Source of the DNA: Neoechinorhynchus agilis
Lineage: Eukaryota; Animalia; Acanthocephala
Reading direction: 5' to 3'
DNA length: 64,000 nt
Assembly: GCA_051530055.1 (NCBI GenBank)
Contig: CM121341.1
Location: 12,130,784-12,194,783 of the forward strand
The notes under the pieces were generated by a model, which did not search any database, was not told the origin of the DNA, and saw nothing but the letters and a program-made list of their open reading frames with translations. The translations under genes and the position numbers were made by a program. How positions within the stretch are numbered: position 1 is the stretch's first letter; every line of letters begins with the position of its first letter. This document shows, piece by piece, positions 1 to 12,379 of this stretch.

Positions 1-1325
1 AAAATGATAAGAGGATACGATACTAGCAATCAGTTCCTTTGGACAGCAGACGGTACCGCATTATTCACTAATGTACCGGGAAATGAGGCTAAGAGGTTAG
101 CCACGAACATACTGGCGGATCGAGGCTTAGATCCAAAGCTGGAAGTATACGAGTGGACTACACTGGTGGAATATTGCACGACCAAGTCTACTTTCGTATT
201 TGAGGACAAGTTGTACGATCAGACGAATGGAGTAACGATGGGTTCATCGCTAGGTTCAGTGCTCGCCAACGTTTTCATGATCGAATACGAAAAAGAACTA
301 TTGGTGAAGTTTCCACAAATCAAGGCTTGGTTAGCCTTGATTCAAAATGAAGCTGGAGAAACAGGTGAACAGGAAAAACCCGTCGATAAAGTGGATAATC
401 ACCTCAGAAGACAGAAATGATCGGATCAGCTTCTTGAACGTCTACTTACAACGAAACGGAGCGTCGATTACCACCTCGTTATTCCACAAGCCTGGTATAG
501 AGTGGGGTCCAACTCACTGAAAAAAATCATGGCTCCAATAGATATAAGGCTAACGCTGCCTGCAATCTATTCTGGAGAGCGCTGGAAATAGGGAGCAACA
601 AGTATGTGACAAAAAAGAGCATAAACATCATCGAGCGGAAACTAAGAGACATTGAGTACCCAACCCACGTCATTAAGAAGGCATTGGCCCATGCAGAAGG
701 AAAAAAAAGTAGCAGGAAAAAGGAAAAGAAGACAAGTTTAGCGAGAAGAAAACGGGATTCATCCGAGTTCATTACATTTCCCACATGGCGAAATCGACCT
801 CGGTGAATATCATACCGTACCACTAGGCAGGAGTAAATTTGAACAGCGTTTCAAGTCGAAGCCGAGGCAACTCAAGGGCAATGATTGCGTGGTCTACTCT
901 GTCCCCTGCAAAAACTGTGGCCATGTCTCTATATTGGACAAACGAAGCAGGGTATTTGGAAAAGAGCGCGGCAGCATGAATACGCACTCAAACGGAGTGA
1001 CGTGTCATCGGCCATCTTCAACCACGCCGTGCAAAACGACCACACAATCGACTTCGGAGGAGCGAAGGTGAAAATGGTGGAGAACGGGCTTCAAAGGAGG
1101 CTGATCAAGGAAGCTCTTCTCATCAACGCGGAGAGGACAATGGAAGACAACAACAGCAACTTCGCTCTTGTCCTTCCGACAAATAACCTCAGTGGTGCAG
1201 TAGCGCATAGGGTGAAGGGTCACCTCGGAAATTGATGGTCCTGCGTCCAGGGATCAAATGAGCTCCACTACTACATGTGATTTTTGATGCTTGATAAGGA
1301 GGTTGAGGCCTCGAAAATTTGCATC
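1..1325 (+). mobile_element. Penelope-like element (RT + GIY-YIG endonuclease), frameshifted, truncated by the window edge
   Basis: ORF 4-420 has the PLE RT motif 'YDQTNGVTMGSSLGSVLANVFM'. ORFs 889/885 give 'VYSVPCKNCG..YIGQTKQGIWKRARQH' (GIY-YIG with CxxC). The 3' end carries a hammerhead-like pLTR motif. Confidence 0.9.
1286..1325 (+). ncRNA. Minimal type I hammerhead ribozyme motif (degenerate) in PLE pLTR
   Basis: GATGC-ttgataa-g-GAGG-ttgagg-CCTC-GAAA-attt-GCATC. Stem I and stem II pair perfectly; the core is CUGAUGA with 2 changes; stem III is the palindromic AAUU. Confidence 0.65.
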
Positions 1326-1510
1326 CTTGCAAATACATTTCGAGGAGGGAAAAACTCGCCGTATAGAGAAAACTTAGGTTTATCCTTGAAATTACAAACC
1401 TCTTTATTATGATTAGCTGAGCAGACACTTTGTTTCTTTATCACATAGAGATGTTGTATGTCCCCATTCTGAACAATTCGTGCACTGTGTTAGCAGGTAA
1501 TCACGGATCG

Positions 1511-1665
1511 GCAGATTTTCGAGGCCTCAACCTCCTAATCAAGCATCTTAAATCACATGTAGTAGGGGAGCTCATTTAATCCCTGGACGCGAGACCATCA
1601 ATCTCCGAGGTGACGCTCCACCCTATGCGCTACTGATCCGCGGAAGTTATTTGTCGGAAGAGCAT
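1511..1665 (-). repeat. Inverted copy of the PLE 3' end/pLTR (tail-to-tail with ~1170-1320)
   Basis: The reverse complement of 1511-1665 matches ~1170-1320 (cttccgacaaataac...gtagcgcatagggtg...ggaggttgaggcctcgaaaat). Confidence 0.9.
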
Positions 1666-1719
1666 TCTCACCAGGAGTTCCATGCCTTCTGAACTTGTGA
1701 AAAATATTAAACTATCCCA

Positions 1720-2061
1720 TCAAGTATTTATTTGTTTCAAAATCTGAAACTCTCTGTGTTTGTTTAAGTTTCTAGGAACCATGAAATCCAGAAAATATCT
1801 CTTGACCAAATCATAACTGGAATTATTTATCATATCCTCTCTTTTCATGCGAATACTAGAATTCTCTTCTAATCTTGGAAGCCTCGGAATTACATCCTCC
1901 AATAAACGATTTTTTAATGACTGAGTACATAGGCGGAAGGCAGGTGATCCACTAAAATCTATAAGCATCTTTTTCTTCGCTTCGTTATTTATGAATTTCT
2001 CCACAAAAAGAGAAAGAGCAGAAACTAAACTCACCTTTTCCGCGTCACATTCCATGTCCAT
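1720..2061 (-). CDS. Unassigned intronless ORF (113 aa), possibly a TE ORF1 remnant
   Basis: Open frame only. It is preceded in frame by 'KPPDPQDD'. No recognised domain. Confidence 0.25.
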   Translation of the reverse strand: MDMECDAEKVSLVSALSLFVEKFINNEAKKKMLIDFSGSPAFRLCTQSLKNRLLEDVIPRLPRLEENSSIRMKREDMINNSSYDLVKRYFLDFMVPRNLNKHREFQILKQINT

Positions 2062-2243
2062 ATCCCCACCACCCCTGTCATCCTGAGGATCAGGGGGTTT
2101 TGATCATCCAAAAACGTTTTAATCGATCGGAGCCCCGTAATTTTTAGCACCAAAATTACGCATGTCATGGGTACTATAGAAATAAAATGTATTATTATAT
2201 AACATTTTCCAGATAAATAGTGACCACTAATTAACAAAGGACA

Positions 2244-3891
2244 ATGAGGCGACGATTAATAGGTAAATTCTTTTTATCTTGCATTTAAATGAAAAGGTAT
2301 TTTTAGATGTGGGTGCAAATCTTACAGGTTTCATCTTTTTTTTAAATAAAACAGTACCGTTTATAATTTCGCGGTAGATTTCATGTATCAAGGAATATAC
2401 AATGGACGCAAAGTTCACCAGCGTAAAGTTATAAGATGTTATTATTTTTAAGTGCTTTCTATTTAAGAGGATCTTACAAATGTAATCAATCGTGCGGTGG
2501 AGCACAAAGTTGGCGTGGTTTGTTTATGCAGATGACATTATTAATCGTCTTTGTAAAATTAGATTATTGTGACCGGAACTAATTTGAAGACAACACAAGA
2601 AGCAATTTCATTGGCCACATCTAACAGTAAGTCTTATTTAAGTAATCACAAAACGGGCAGTAAGTTGTCGCCTGAATAACTTCAAACTAAAAATTATTAC
2701 AAAGTTTAATGTCGACTTTTGAAAACAAATAAGTTATTATTGACTAAGTTTGTGTAGGTCTCGTCGCAGGTTTGAGAATCGACTGTATTTACAAATGCAT
2801 TATGAGCACAGGAAGCATTTTGATTTCAACTAAAGTCAAAAGTGTGAAAAAGAACGTTTTATTTTTTTGAATATTTTGATTTCTATAGAATTAAGCATTT
2901 TCACCATTTAAGATAATATATTTTGCACGGTCGGAACGCATCCAACGAATTGCAACGAATTTTTGGTTTTTGAACGAGGTGAATGTGGCTATTTCGAAGA
3001 ACTTTCATCAAAGGTAGATCTTTGTGTTGAAAAAGTAGCCGCCATTGGCGAAATTGGACTCGGTATGATAAACCACAGGTACATTCATCATTTAACTCAA
3101 TATATGCAGATTATGAACGCCTCAATTTTTGTAATGCTAATGTACAAAAGAGGTTTTATTCGATTTCAAAGACAACATTGAAAAACTGGTTTTTAGTTGT
3201 TTTGAACTCCAATTGAATTTGGCGAAGAAACACCGTCTTCCACTGTTCGTACATTGTCGAGCAGCTCATGATGATCTTTTTACAATTCTAAAGCGGAACA
3301 TTGATGCGTATCTTAGTCCTGAACATATTTTGGTAAATTGTCGGTGGTTTTGTTGTTTCGTTTGCAAAATATAAATGCCGAAAGGTTCATTCATTCACGG
3401 GAACAGCGGATGAAGCAACTCGATTAATACAAATGGGATGTAGTATTGGTTTGAACGGATGTTCCTTGAAAACAAAAGAAAATCTAAGCGTTATTGAGAA
3501 CTGTATACCCGTTGACAGAATTCTGTTAGAGACAGGTAAATGATTTTGTTTTTCGCGTAAACTACATCCATTCGAATAGATTGCCCATGGTGTGAGATCC
3601 GGCCGACTCATGCTTCTTATGAATTTGTAAAAACAAAATTTGAATCTGTTAAGAAGGGAAAATGGTGCTCGGAAAAACTAGTGCAAGGAAGAAATGAACC
3701 TTGTCAACTAATGTATGGATACCATTTTCTTCTTTTGAGTTTTATTTACAACCCAATCGCGATCTTTAAGTCAAGTCGCAGAGGTTATTAGTCACATAAA
3801 GCAAATGGACATTGAAGATTTCATTGAAACAGTCCACGCTAACACTTGCAGAGTATTTCCTGCATTGGAGAGGGCATCCTTTGAAGAATAA
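2244..3891 (+). CDS. TATDN1: TatD-family deoxyribonuclease (TATDN1-like), multi-exon
   Basis: Spliced reading MRRRLI|DVGANLT|DFMYQGIYNGRKVH...IVTGTNL...FCTVGTHPTNCNEF...VAAIGEIGL|DYERLNFC...LPLFVHCRAAH...VHSFTGT...IGLNGCSLKT...ILLET|DCPWC...RNEPC, with GT-AG introns. Confidence 0.92.
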
Positions 3892-4039
3892 AACAATTAA
3901 TAATCGACAAATCCACTGGGCAACAATTTGGGACTTTAATCGATTTCACACAAAATTACGGTTATTCTAAACTTATTTTCAGGCATAGACAATAACGGAT
4001 GAAAAATAAGCGCTAATAAACCGATATAACTTTTATTGA

Positions 4040-5790
4040 GAAATTACTTTTATAATTGTAATTATAATGCTAATCATTCAAAATGCAGCAATGAACAAAT
4101 GTTTATTAAATGAAGTTTAATGGCGGATTTAAACCAAGGATTTCCTAAAAGCGAACCGAAATTCCGATCACAATTGCCCATCACGTTCAGATCGAACTGG
4201 AATATCGTTCCGCGAAATAATCAAACATTGGTCCAACCTTTATTATTTAAAATATTTAGCTATTTCAATTAACATGAATTTTTCATTATTCGACCATTAG
4301 AACGCTATTTTAATAATTGTAATTATAATGCTAATCATTCAAAATGCAGCAATAAGCAAATGTTTATTAAATGAAGATTAATGGCGAGTTTAAACCAAGG
4401 ATTTCCTAAAAGCGAACCGAAATTCCGATCACAATTGCCCATCACGTTCAGATCGAACTGGAATATCGTACCGCGAAATGGCCAAACATTCACACAAATT
4501 TTATGTTTATATCATTCAGCTATTAAAATTAACATAGATTTTCCATTATTCGACCATTAAGACGCAATTTAAATAATTGTAATTATAATTCTAATTGTTC
4601 AAAATACAACAATGAACGAATGTTTCTTAAATGAAGATTAATGGCGGATTTAAACTAAGGATTTTCTAAAAGCGAACCAAGGTTCCGATCGCAATATCCC
4701 ATCACGTTCGGATCGAACTGGGATGTCGTTCCCCGAAATGGTCAAATATTCACGCAACCTTTATTGTTTAAAATATTCAGCTATTTCAATAAACATGAAT
4801 TTTTCATTTTTCGAACATTAAAACACTATTTTAATAAATGTAATTATTGTTTTTATCGTTTAAAATGCAACAAATAACGAATGTTTCTTAAATGAAGATT
4901 AATGGCAGATTTCAACTAAATATTTTCTAATAGCGAACCGAAATTCCGATCACAATTGCCCATCACGTTCAGATCGAACTGGAATATCGTTGCGCGAAAT
5001 AATCAAACATTGGTCCAACCTTTATTATTTAAAATATTCAGCTATTTCAATTAACATGAATTTTTCATTATTCGACCATTAAAACACTATGTTAATAAAT
5101 GTAATTATTGTTTTTATCGTTTAAAATGCAACAAATAACGAATGTTTCTTAAATGAAGATTAATGACGGGTTTCAACTAAGGATTTTCGAAAAGCGAACC
5201 AAGATTCCAATCACAATTGCCCATCACGTTCAGATCGAACTGGAATACCGTTCCGCGAAATGGTCAAATATTCACGCAACCTTTATTGTTTAAAATATTC
5301 AGCTATTTCAATTAACATGAATTTTTCATTATCCGAATATTAAGACGCTATTTTAATAAATGTAATTATAATGCTAATCGTTCAAAATGCAACAAATAAC
5401 GAATGTTTCTTAAATGAAGGTTAATGGCGGAATTCAACTGAGGATTTTCTAATAGCGTACCGAGATTCCGATCGCAATATCCCATCACGATCGGATCGAA
5501 CTGGAATATCGTTCCGCCAAATGGTCAAACATTCATACAACCTTTATTGTTTAAAATATTCAGCTATTTCAATTAACATGAATTTTTCATTATTCGACCA
5601 TTAAAACACTATTTTAATAAATGTAATTATAATGCTAATCGTTCAAAATGCAAAAAATAACGAATGTTTCTTAAATGAAGGTTAATGGCGGAATTCAACT
5701 CAAGATTTTTTTAATAGCGAACCGAGATTCTGATCACAATATCCCATCACGTTCGGATCGAACTGGAATGTCGTTCTGCGAAATGCTCCC
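4040..5790. repeat. Tandem satellite, ~261-bp unit, ~7 copies
   Basis: 'aaatgaag.ttaatggcgg...ccgatcacaattgcccatcacgttcagatcgaactgg' recurs at ~4109, 4370, 4629, 4891, 5151, 5413 and 5673. Confidence 0.95.
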
Positions 5791-5992
5791 ATTATTTCTT
5801 AATCATTTGTCTACAGTGCATTTATTATGTTCTGTTTGTCTTACAAGGACACTTACAGAAGGCACACGGCGTTACCAGCCACTAAAACAGCTCACAATCA
5901 CTCCAACCGATGTAATCGGCATAAAGATGTTGTTTTATGTTCTTATCGAACTGCTATAAATCCTGCGTGTTTCTGAACAACTCTCAATCAGT

Positions 5993-6409
5993 ATGCGATT
6001 CCTTCTATTCACCTGCGCATCCTCGCTTTTCCTGCTGAGCATTGTGCAAGCGATGGGGACCTTCAATTCCCCGTCCCATGCCCATGCAAGAGCCAAACGT
6101 GGAATATTAAGCAGCATCTTTGGAAGGCGAGCATGGAATTCCGATCGATATTATGATAGTCATAGTTCAGATATGTACTACGATTACGGTCGTCCAGTAG
6201 GCGGCTACCGTCCAGAACCTGCTTACGGTCCCGCGTATTACGAAGCTCAAAACAATGCAGGGTTCAGGGAACCTCAACCGCCTATTAATCAACAACCACA
6301 AGCGGTAGAATGTATTGACCGGGATCCGCGGTGCGCTTCAATCGTTGGATACTGCTATCAATATACTGTGATCGACTCATGCCCAAGAACATGTGGAGCC
6401 TGTGCATAA
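5993..6409 (+). CDS. Secreted precursor with furin/dibasic sites and a C-terminal ShKT domain
   Basis: Hydrophobic signal peptide (aa ~1-20), RAKR-GILSSIFG-RR, a Tyr/Pro-rich spacer, and terminal C-x6-C-x6-C-x8-C-x3-C-x2-C (CIDRDPRCASIVGYCYQYTVIDSCPRTCGAC). Intronless, with AATAAA ~45 nt downstream. Confidence 0.8.
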   Translation: MRFLLFTCASSLFLLSIVQAMGTFNSPSHAHARAKRGILSSIFGRRAWNSDRYYDSHSSDMYYDYGRPVGGYRPEPAYGPAYYEAQNNAGFREPQPPINQQPQAVECIDRDPRCASIVGYCYQYTVIDSCPRTCGACA

Positions 6410-6774
6410 TAATCGTCAAAACGAATTTTGCATGATCCGAAACATTAGAAGATAAATAAACTTAATGAGCAGACTATCAAAATCTTATCGATGTAATCGT
6501 ATTTTTCTCCACTCAATTTTATATCCCTTACTCGGCTGATAATTTTTGTAGTTGGGCTCACGTCCCAGGGATCTGGGTTAGGGAAACGCCTAAAATAGCT
6601 TCATACCCTGAACCACACGGTCATGAGTCTGTACCTTCCTCCGGATCCCCAGATACCTTTTGAGGACACGTTACTCATCAGTGAGTTTCCTTCCTTTCGT
6701 CGGTATTTCGTACCCTTTAGTTATCAGGCATTAGCGAGAATAGTTGGTGGATTGTCGACTGATTTCTCAACCGC

Positions 6775-7260
6775 ATGTTGTCGTTTCAATTGTTGTTATT
6801 TAAGCAATTTCCGCGGTTGAATCAAATGTTTATTTTGGACCGATATTTCGGGGTTTTACTCCTTCGGGGTCCAACAAAACACACGATATTATATAGAACC
6901 CAAAAGGGGAAAAAGTTCAAGACTGGATTTTGCATTGACTACAACAAAACTTTATAGACAATAACCCTTTTTTCTAGTTCCTGCTATTCTTGGGAAATGA
7001 GGTTTCCTTTCAGCACAGAAGGTCGCAAATATAATTGACATTTAATCGGCAGACCGCTGTTCTTAATTATCCTAGAGATTTTGTTACGTCAACAGTTGGT
7101 TTGTGGGCCCATGTCCGGCACTCGAATGCGCAGGTTCATTCGATTCGGGGTACAAATCCGGGGACTGTCAATGGGAAACAGCCTTGATCTTGTCCTGGAA
7201 ATGATTTTCTTTGATGAGTCTAATCCCACTGGGGGATAAAGGCAACGCGATTCAAACCAT
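6775..7260 (+). pseudogene. Possible highly decayed Penelope-type RT fragment
   Basis: 'QIRGLSMGNSLDLVLEMIF' (~7160-7220) resembles PLE RT motif B. 'MLSFQLLLFKQFP' (6775) weakly resembles motif A. No YxDD motif found. Confidence 0.35.
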
Positions 7261-7944
7261 AGGATTATCGGCCGTTCGCAAATTTCTGTTTCAAACTTCA
7301 TCAGATCACTGATTTCAGTTGGCATCCCAAAAGTCATGCATCGAGGTTCCCATCATCCTTGGGTGATGAAACTGGCAATTTATGCTGCGATACAGAGGAC
7401 AGAACTAAAGGAGATCACGCGATTCCGGCCGCAGTGTTATTCAAACGAGAAAACATGAAAAGATTAGCGCTCGCGAAATCGATATGATGGACAAACGGTT
7501 CCCAGGATACAACATTTCAATTAGTTCACTAGAGACGTTCGAAAGCTGCTGAGACGATCGAAAAGTGCGCCTACACTTTGGTGATTCCTGACGAGAACTA
7601 AACATCATGAAACGCCGGAAGCACGTCCAGCCTTGGGCTTGTTGTGTACGAACCGGTTTAGTCCATTGACAAAAATGGCCGACAAGATTCGATTTGCACT
7701 TGAAGAAACGTGGCCCACGAGCAGGTGACAATCGCGGCATTATCTACATTGCGAAAACTTAGCTGCCTTCGCTTGAACATTTTACGAAGCGCGTTCACAA
7801 AGCACTGAATCCGGATGCAAAATCATGGCGACAGCATGGGCAATGCGCCACTCAGAGTTCCACAGCGACGGAGAAGTAAAACTCTCGACGCGAGCTGGAT
7901 TTTTGGCTAAGGACACTATGAAAATATCTACCGCCAAAGCACGA

Positions 7945-10900
7945 CTTATATCTGGGGCGATTGGAAGGGATGGTGTTTCCATAGACAGTGTGAACTAGAG
8001 TTCTAGACATAAGCTCGAAAAACCGCAGAACTGCCCAACAGCCTGGACGAACTTTCCGTTTCGATGTCGCTTTGGTTAACACAAACTTCACATCTTCACG
8101 GGCTTTTGTAGATTCCTGAGGAAGCCATAAGACGGCCAAAGGTTTAGATTAAAGATTTTTCTCTGTTTTTGTCCTTACCATTCCGCCCAAGTGTCCATTT
8201 AAAACCAAAAGTTGGTCAATCGTGCAGCTGGCAAATCGAGTAGAATTTCACAAGATTATGAACATGCGGTTGATCAAACTGATCTTTAATATTTTCGACG
8301 CGAGTTAGATTTGTGGCCAAGAACTCGATGGAACTATCGCCGAGGTACTACTTATATCCTGGACGGTTTGAAGGGATGGTGTTTCCATAGACAATGCCAA
8401 CTAGAGTTCTAGACATAAGCTCGATAAAACCGCAGAACTGCTCAACAGCTTGAACGAACTTTCCGTTTCGATGTCGCTTGGTTAACACAAACTTCACATC
8501 TTCACGGGCTTTTGTAGATTCCTGAGGAAACCATAAGACGGCCAAAGGTTTAGATTAAAGATTTTTCTTTATCTTTGCCCTTACCATTCCGCCCAAGTGT
8601 CCATTTGAAACCAAAAGTTGATCAATCTTGCTACTAGCAAATCGAGTAGAATTTCACAAGATTATGAACATGCGGTTGATCAAACTGATCTTTAATATTT
8701 TCGACGCTAGTTAGATTTGTGGCCAAGAACTCGATGGAACTATCGCCGAGGTACTACTTATATATCTGGGCGGTTGGAAGGGATGGTGTTTCCATAGACA
8801 ATGCGAACTAGAGTTCTAGACATAAGCTCGATAAAACCGCAGAACTGCTCAACAACTTGGACGAACTTTCCGTTTCGATGTCGCTTGTTTAACACAAACT
8901 TCACATCTTCACGGGCTTTTGTAGATTCCTGAGGAAACCATAAAACGGTCAAAGGATGAGATTGAAGGTTTTTCTTTATTTTTGTCCCTACCATTCCGCC
9001 CAAGTGTCCATTTAAAACCAAAAGTTGGTCAATCGTGCAGCTGGCAAATCGAGTAGAATTCCACGAGATTATGAACATGCGGTTGATCAAACTGATCTTT
9101 AATATTTTCGACGCGAGTTAGATTTGTGGCCAAGAACTCGATGGAACTATCGCCGAGGTACTACTTAAATCCTGGACGGTTTGAAGGGAACAATGTCAAC
9201 TAGAGTTCTAGACATAAGCTCGATAAAACCGCAGAACTGCTCAACAGCTTGGACGAACTTTCCGTTTCGATGTCGCTTTGGTTAAAACAAACTTCACATC
9301 TTCACGGGCTTTTGTAGATTCCTGAGGAAGCCATAAGACGGCCAAAGGTTGAGTTTGGAGATTTTTCTTTATCTTTGCCCTTACCATTCCGCCCAAGTGT
9401 CCATTTGAAACCAAAAGTTGATCAATCTTGCTACTAGGAAATCGAGTAGAATTTCCCAAGATTATGAACATGCGGTTGATCAAACTGATCTTTAATATTT
9501 TCGACGCGAGTTAGATTTGTGTCCAAGAACTCGATGGAACTATCGCCGAGGTACTACTTATATATCTGGGCGGTTGGAAGGGATGGTGTTTCCATAGACA
9601 ATGCGAACTAGAGTTCTAGACATAAGCTCGATAAAACCGCAGAACTGCTCAACAGCTTGAAAGAACTTTCCGTTTCGATGTCGCTTGGTTAACACCGACT
9701 TAACGGGCCTTTGTAGATTCCTAAGGAAGCATTAAGACGGCCATAGGTCGAGGATGAAGATTTTTCTTTATCTTTGCCCTTACCATTCCGCCCAAGTGTC
9801 CATTTAAAACCAAAAGTTGGTCAATCGTGCAGCTGGCGAATCGAGTAGAATTCCACAAGATTATGAACATGCGGTTGATCAAACTGATCTTTAATATTTT
9901 CGACGCGAGTTAGATTTGTGGCCAAGAACTCGATGGAACTATCGCCGAGGTACTACTTATATCCTGGACGGTTTGAAGGGATGGTGTTTCCATAGACAAT
10001 GCCAACTAGAGTTCTAGACATAAGCTCGATAAAACCGCAGAACTGCTCAACAGCCTGGACGAACTTTCCGTTTCGATGTCGCTTTGGTTAACACAAACTT
10101 CACATCTTCACGGGCTTTTGTAGATTCCTGAGGAAACCATAAAACGGCCAAAGGATGAGTTTGGAGATTTTTCTTTATCTTTGCCCTTACCATTCCGCCC
10201 AAGTGTCCATTTGAAACCAAAAGTTGATCAATCTTGCTACTAGCAAATCGAGTAGAATTTCACAAGAATATGAACATGCGGTTGATCAAACTGACCTTTA
10301 ATATTTTCGACGCGAGTTAGATTTGTGGCCAAGAACTCGATGGAACTATCGCCGAGGTACTACTTATATATCTGGGCGGTTGGAAGGGATGGTGTTTCCA
10401 TAGACAATGCGAACTAGAGTTCTAGACATAAGCTCGATAAAACCGCAGAACTGCTCAACAACTTGGACGAACTTTCCGTTTCGATGTCGCTTGTTTAACA
10501 CAAACTTCACATCTTCACGGGCTTTTGTAGATTCCTGAGGAAACCATAAGACGGCCAAAGGTTGAGTTTGGAGATTTTTCTTTATCTTTGCCCTTACCAT
10601 TCCGCCCAAGTGTCCATTTGAAACCAAAAGTTGATCAATCTTGCTACTAGAAAATCGAGTAGAATTTCCCAAGATTATGAACATACGGTTGATCAAACTG
10701 ATCTTTAATATTTTCGACGCGAGTTAGATTTGTGGCCAAGAACTCGATGGAACTATCGTCGAGGTACTACTTATATATCTGGGCGGTTGGAAGGGATGGT
10801 GTTTCCATAGACAATGCGAACTAGAGTTCTAGACACAAGCTCGATAAAACCGCAGAACTGCTCAACAGCCTGGACGTACTTTCCGTTTCGATGTCGCTTG

Positions 10901-12235
10901 GTTAACACAAACCTCACATCTTCACGGGCTTTAGTAGATTCCTGAGGAAACCATAAAACGGCCAAAGGATGAGTTTGGAGATTTTTCTTTATCTTTGCCC
11001 TTACCATTCCGCCCAAGTGTCCATTTGAAACCAAAAGTTGATCAATCTTGCTACTAGCAAATCGAGTAGAATTTCACAAGAATATGAACATGCGGTTGAT
11101 CAAACTGATCTTTAATATTTTCGACGCGAGTTAGATTTGTGGCCAAGAACTCGATGGAACTATCGCCGAGGTACTACTTATATATCTGGGCGGTTGGAAG
11201 GGATGGTGTTTCCATAGACAATGCGAACTAGAGTTCTAGACATAAGCTCGATAAAACCGCAGAACTGCTCAACAACTTGGACGAACTTTCCGTTTCGATG
11301 TCGCTTGTTCAACACAAACTTCACATCTTCACGTGCTTTTGTAGATTCCTGAGGAAACCATAAAACGGCCAAAGGATGAGATTGAAGGTTTTTTTTATTT
11401 TTGTCCTTACCATTCCGCCCAAGTGCCCATTTAAAACCAAAAGTTGATCAATCTTGCAGCTGGCAAATCGAGTAGAATTTCACAAGATTATGAACATGCG
11501 GTTGATCAAACTGATCTTTAATATTTTCGACGCGAGTTAGATTTGTGGCCAAGAACTCGATGGAACTATCGCCGAGGTACTACTTATATATCTGGGCGGT
11601 TGGAAGGGATGGTGTTTCCATAGACAATGCGAACTAGAGTACTAGACATAAGCTCGATAAAACCGCAGAACTGCTATACAGCCTGGACGAACTTTCCGTT
11701 TCGATGTCGCTTGGTTAACACCGACTTAACGGGCCTTTGTAGATTCCTAAGGAAGCATTAAGACGGCCATAGGTCGAGGATGAAGATTTTTCTTTATCTT
11801 TGCCCTTACCATTCCGCCCAAGTGTCCATTTAATACCAAAAGTTGGTCAATCGTGCAGCTGGCAAATCGAGTAGAATTTCACAAGATCATGAACATGCGG
11901 TTGATCAAACTGATCTTTAATATTTTCGACGCGAGTTTGATTTGTGGCCAAGAACTCGATGGAACTATCGCCGAGGTACTACTTATATCCTGGACGGTTT
12001 GAAGGGATGGTGTTTCCATAGACAATGCCAACTAGAGTTCTAGACATAAGCTCGATAAAACCGCAGAACTGCTCAACAACTTGGACGAACTTTCCGTTTC
12101 GATGTCGCTTTGGTTAACACAAACTTCACATCTTCACGGGCTTTTGTCGATTCCTGAGGAAACCATAAGACGGCCAAAGGTTGAGATTAAAGATTTTACG
12201 TTATTTTTGTCCTTGCCATTCCACCCAAGTGTCTA
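7945..12235. repeat. Tandem array, ~392-407-bp unit, ~10.5 copies
   Basis: 'gaagggatggtgtttccatagaca' or a variant recurs at roughly 7965, 8370, 8777, 9183, 9577, 9975, 10383, 10790, 11197, 11604 and 12000. Confidence 0.97.
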
Positions 12236-12379
12236 TTTAAAAGAAAAATTTAAAAATAAATAACATTATAGCTAGTGTAGCCGGAGAAAACGGTGGTTAG
12301 TCACTTGTTTCTTATCGTGCACTGAACTTTGTGTAGAGGTATTGCGTACTAAAAACTTTATCTTAAGCCATAAGATCAT

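Noticed and set aside
2525-2536. 'YADD' RT-like motif (tatgcagatgac)
   Set aside because: It falls inside a predicted TatD intron and has no other RT motifs nearby.
6570-6585. Telomeric-type TTAGGG
   Set aside because: Single occurrence, no array.
7945-12235. Recurrent minus-strand ORFs (MINRMFII.../MAVLWFPQES...) as a tandem gene family
   Set aside because: They are products of the repeat unit. Unit length is not a multiple of 3, indels shift frames between copies, and no domain is recognisable.
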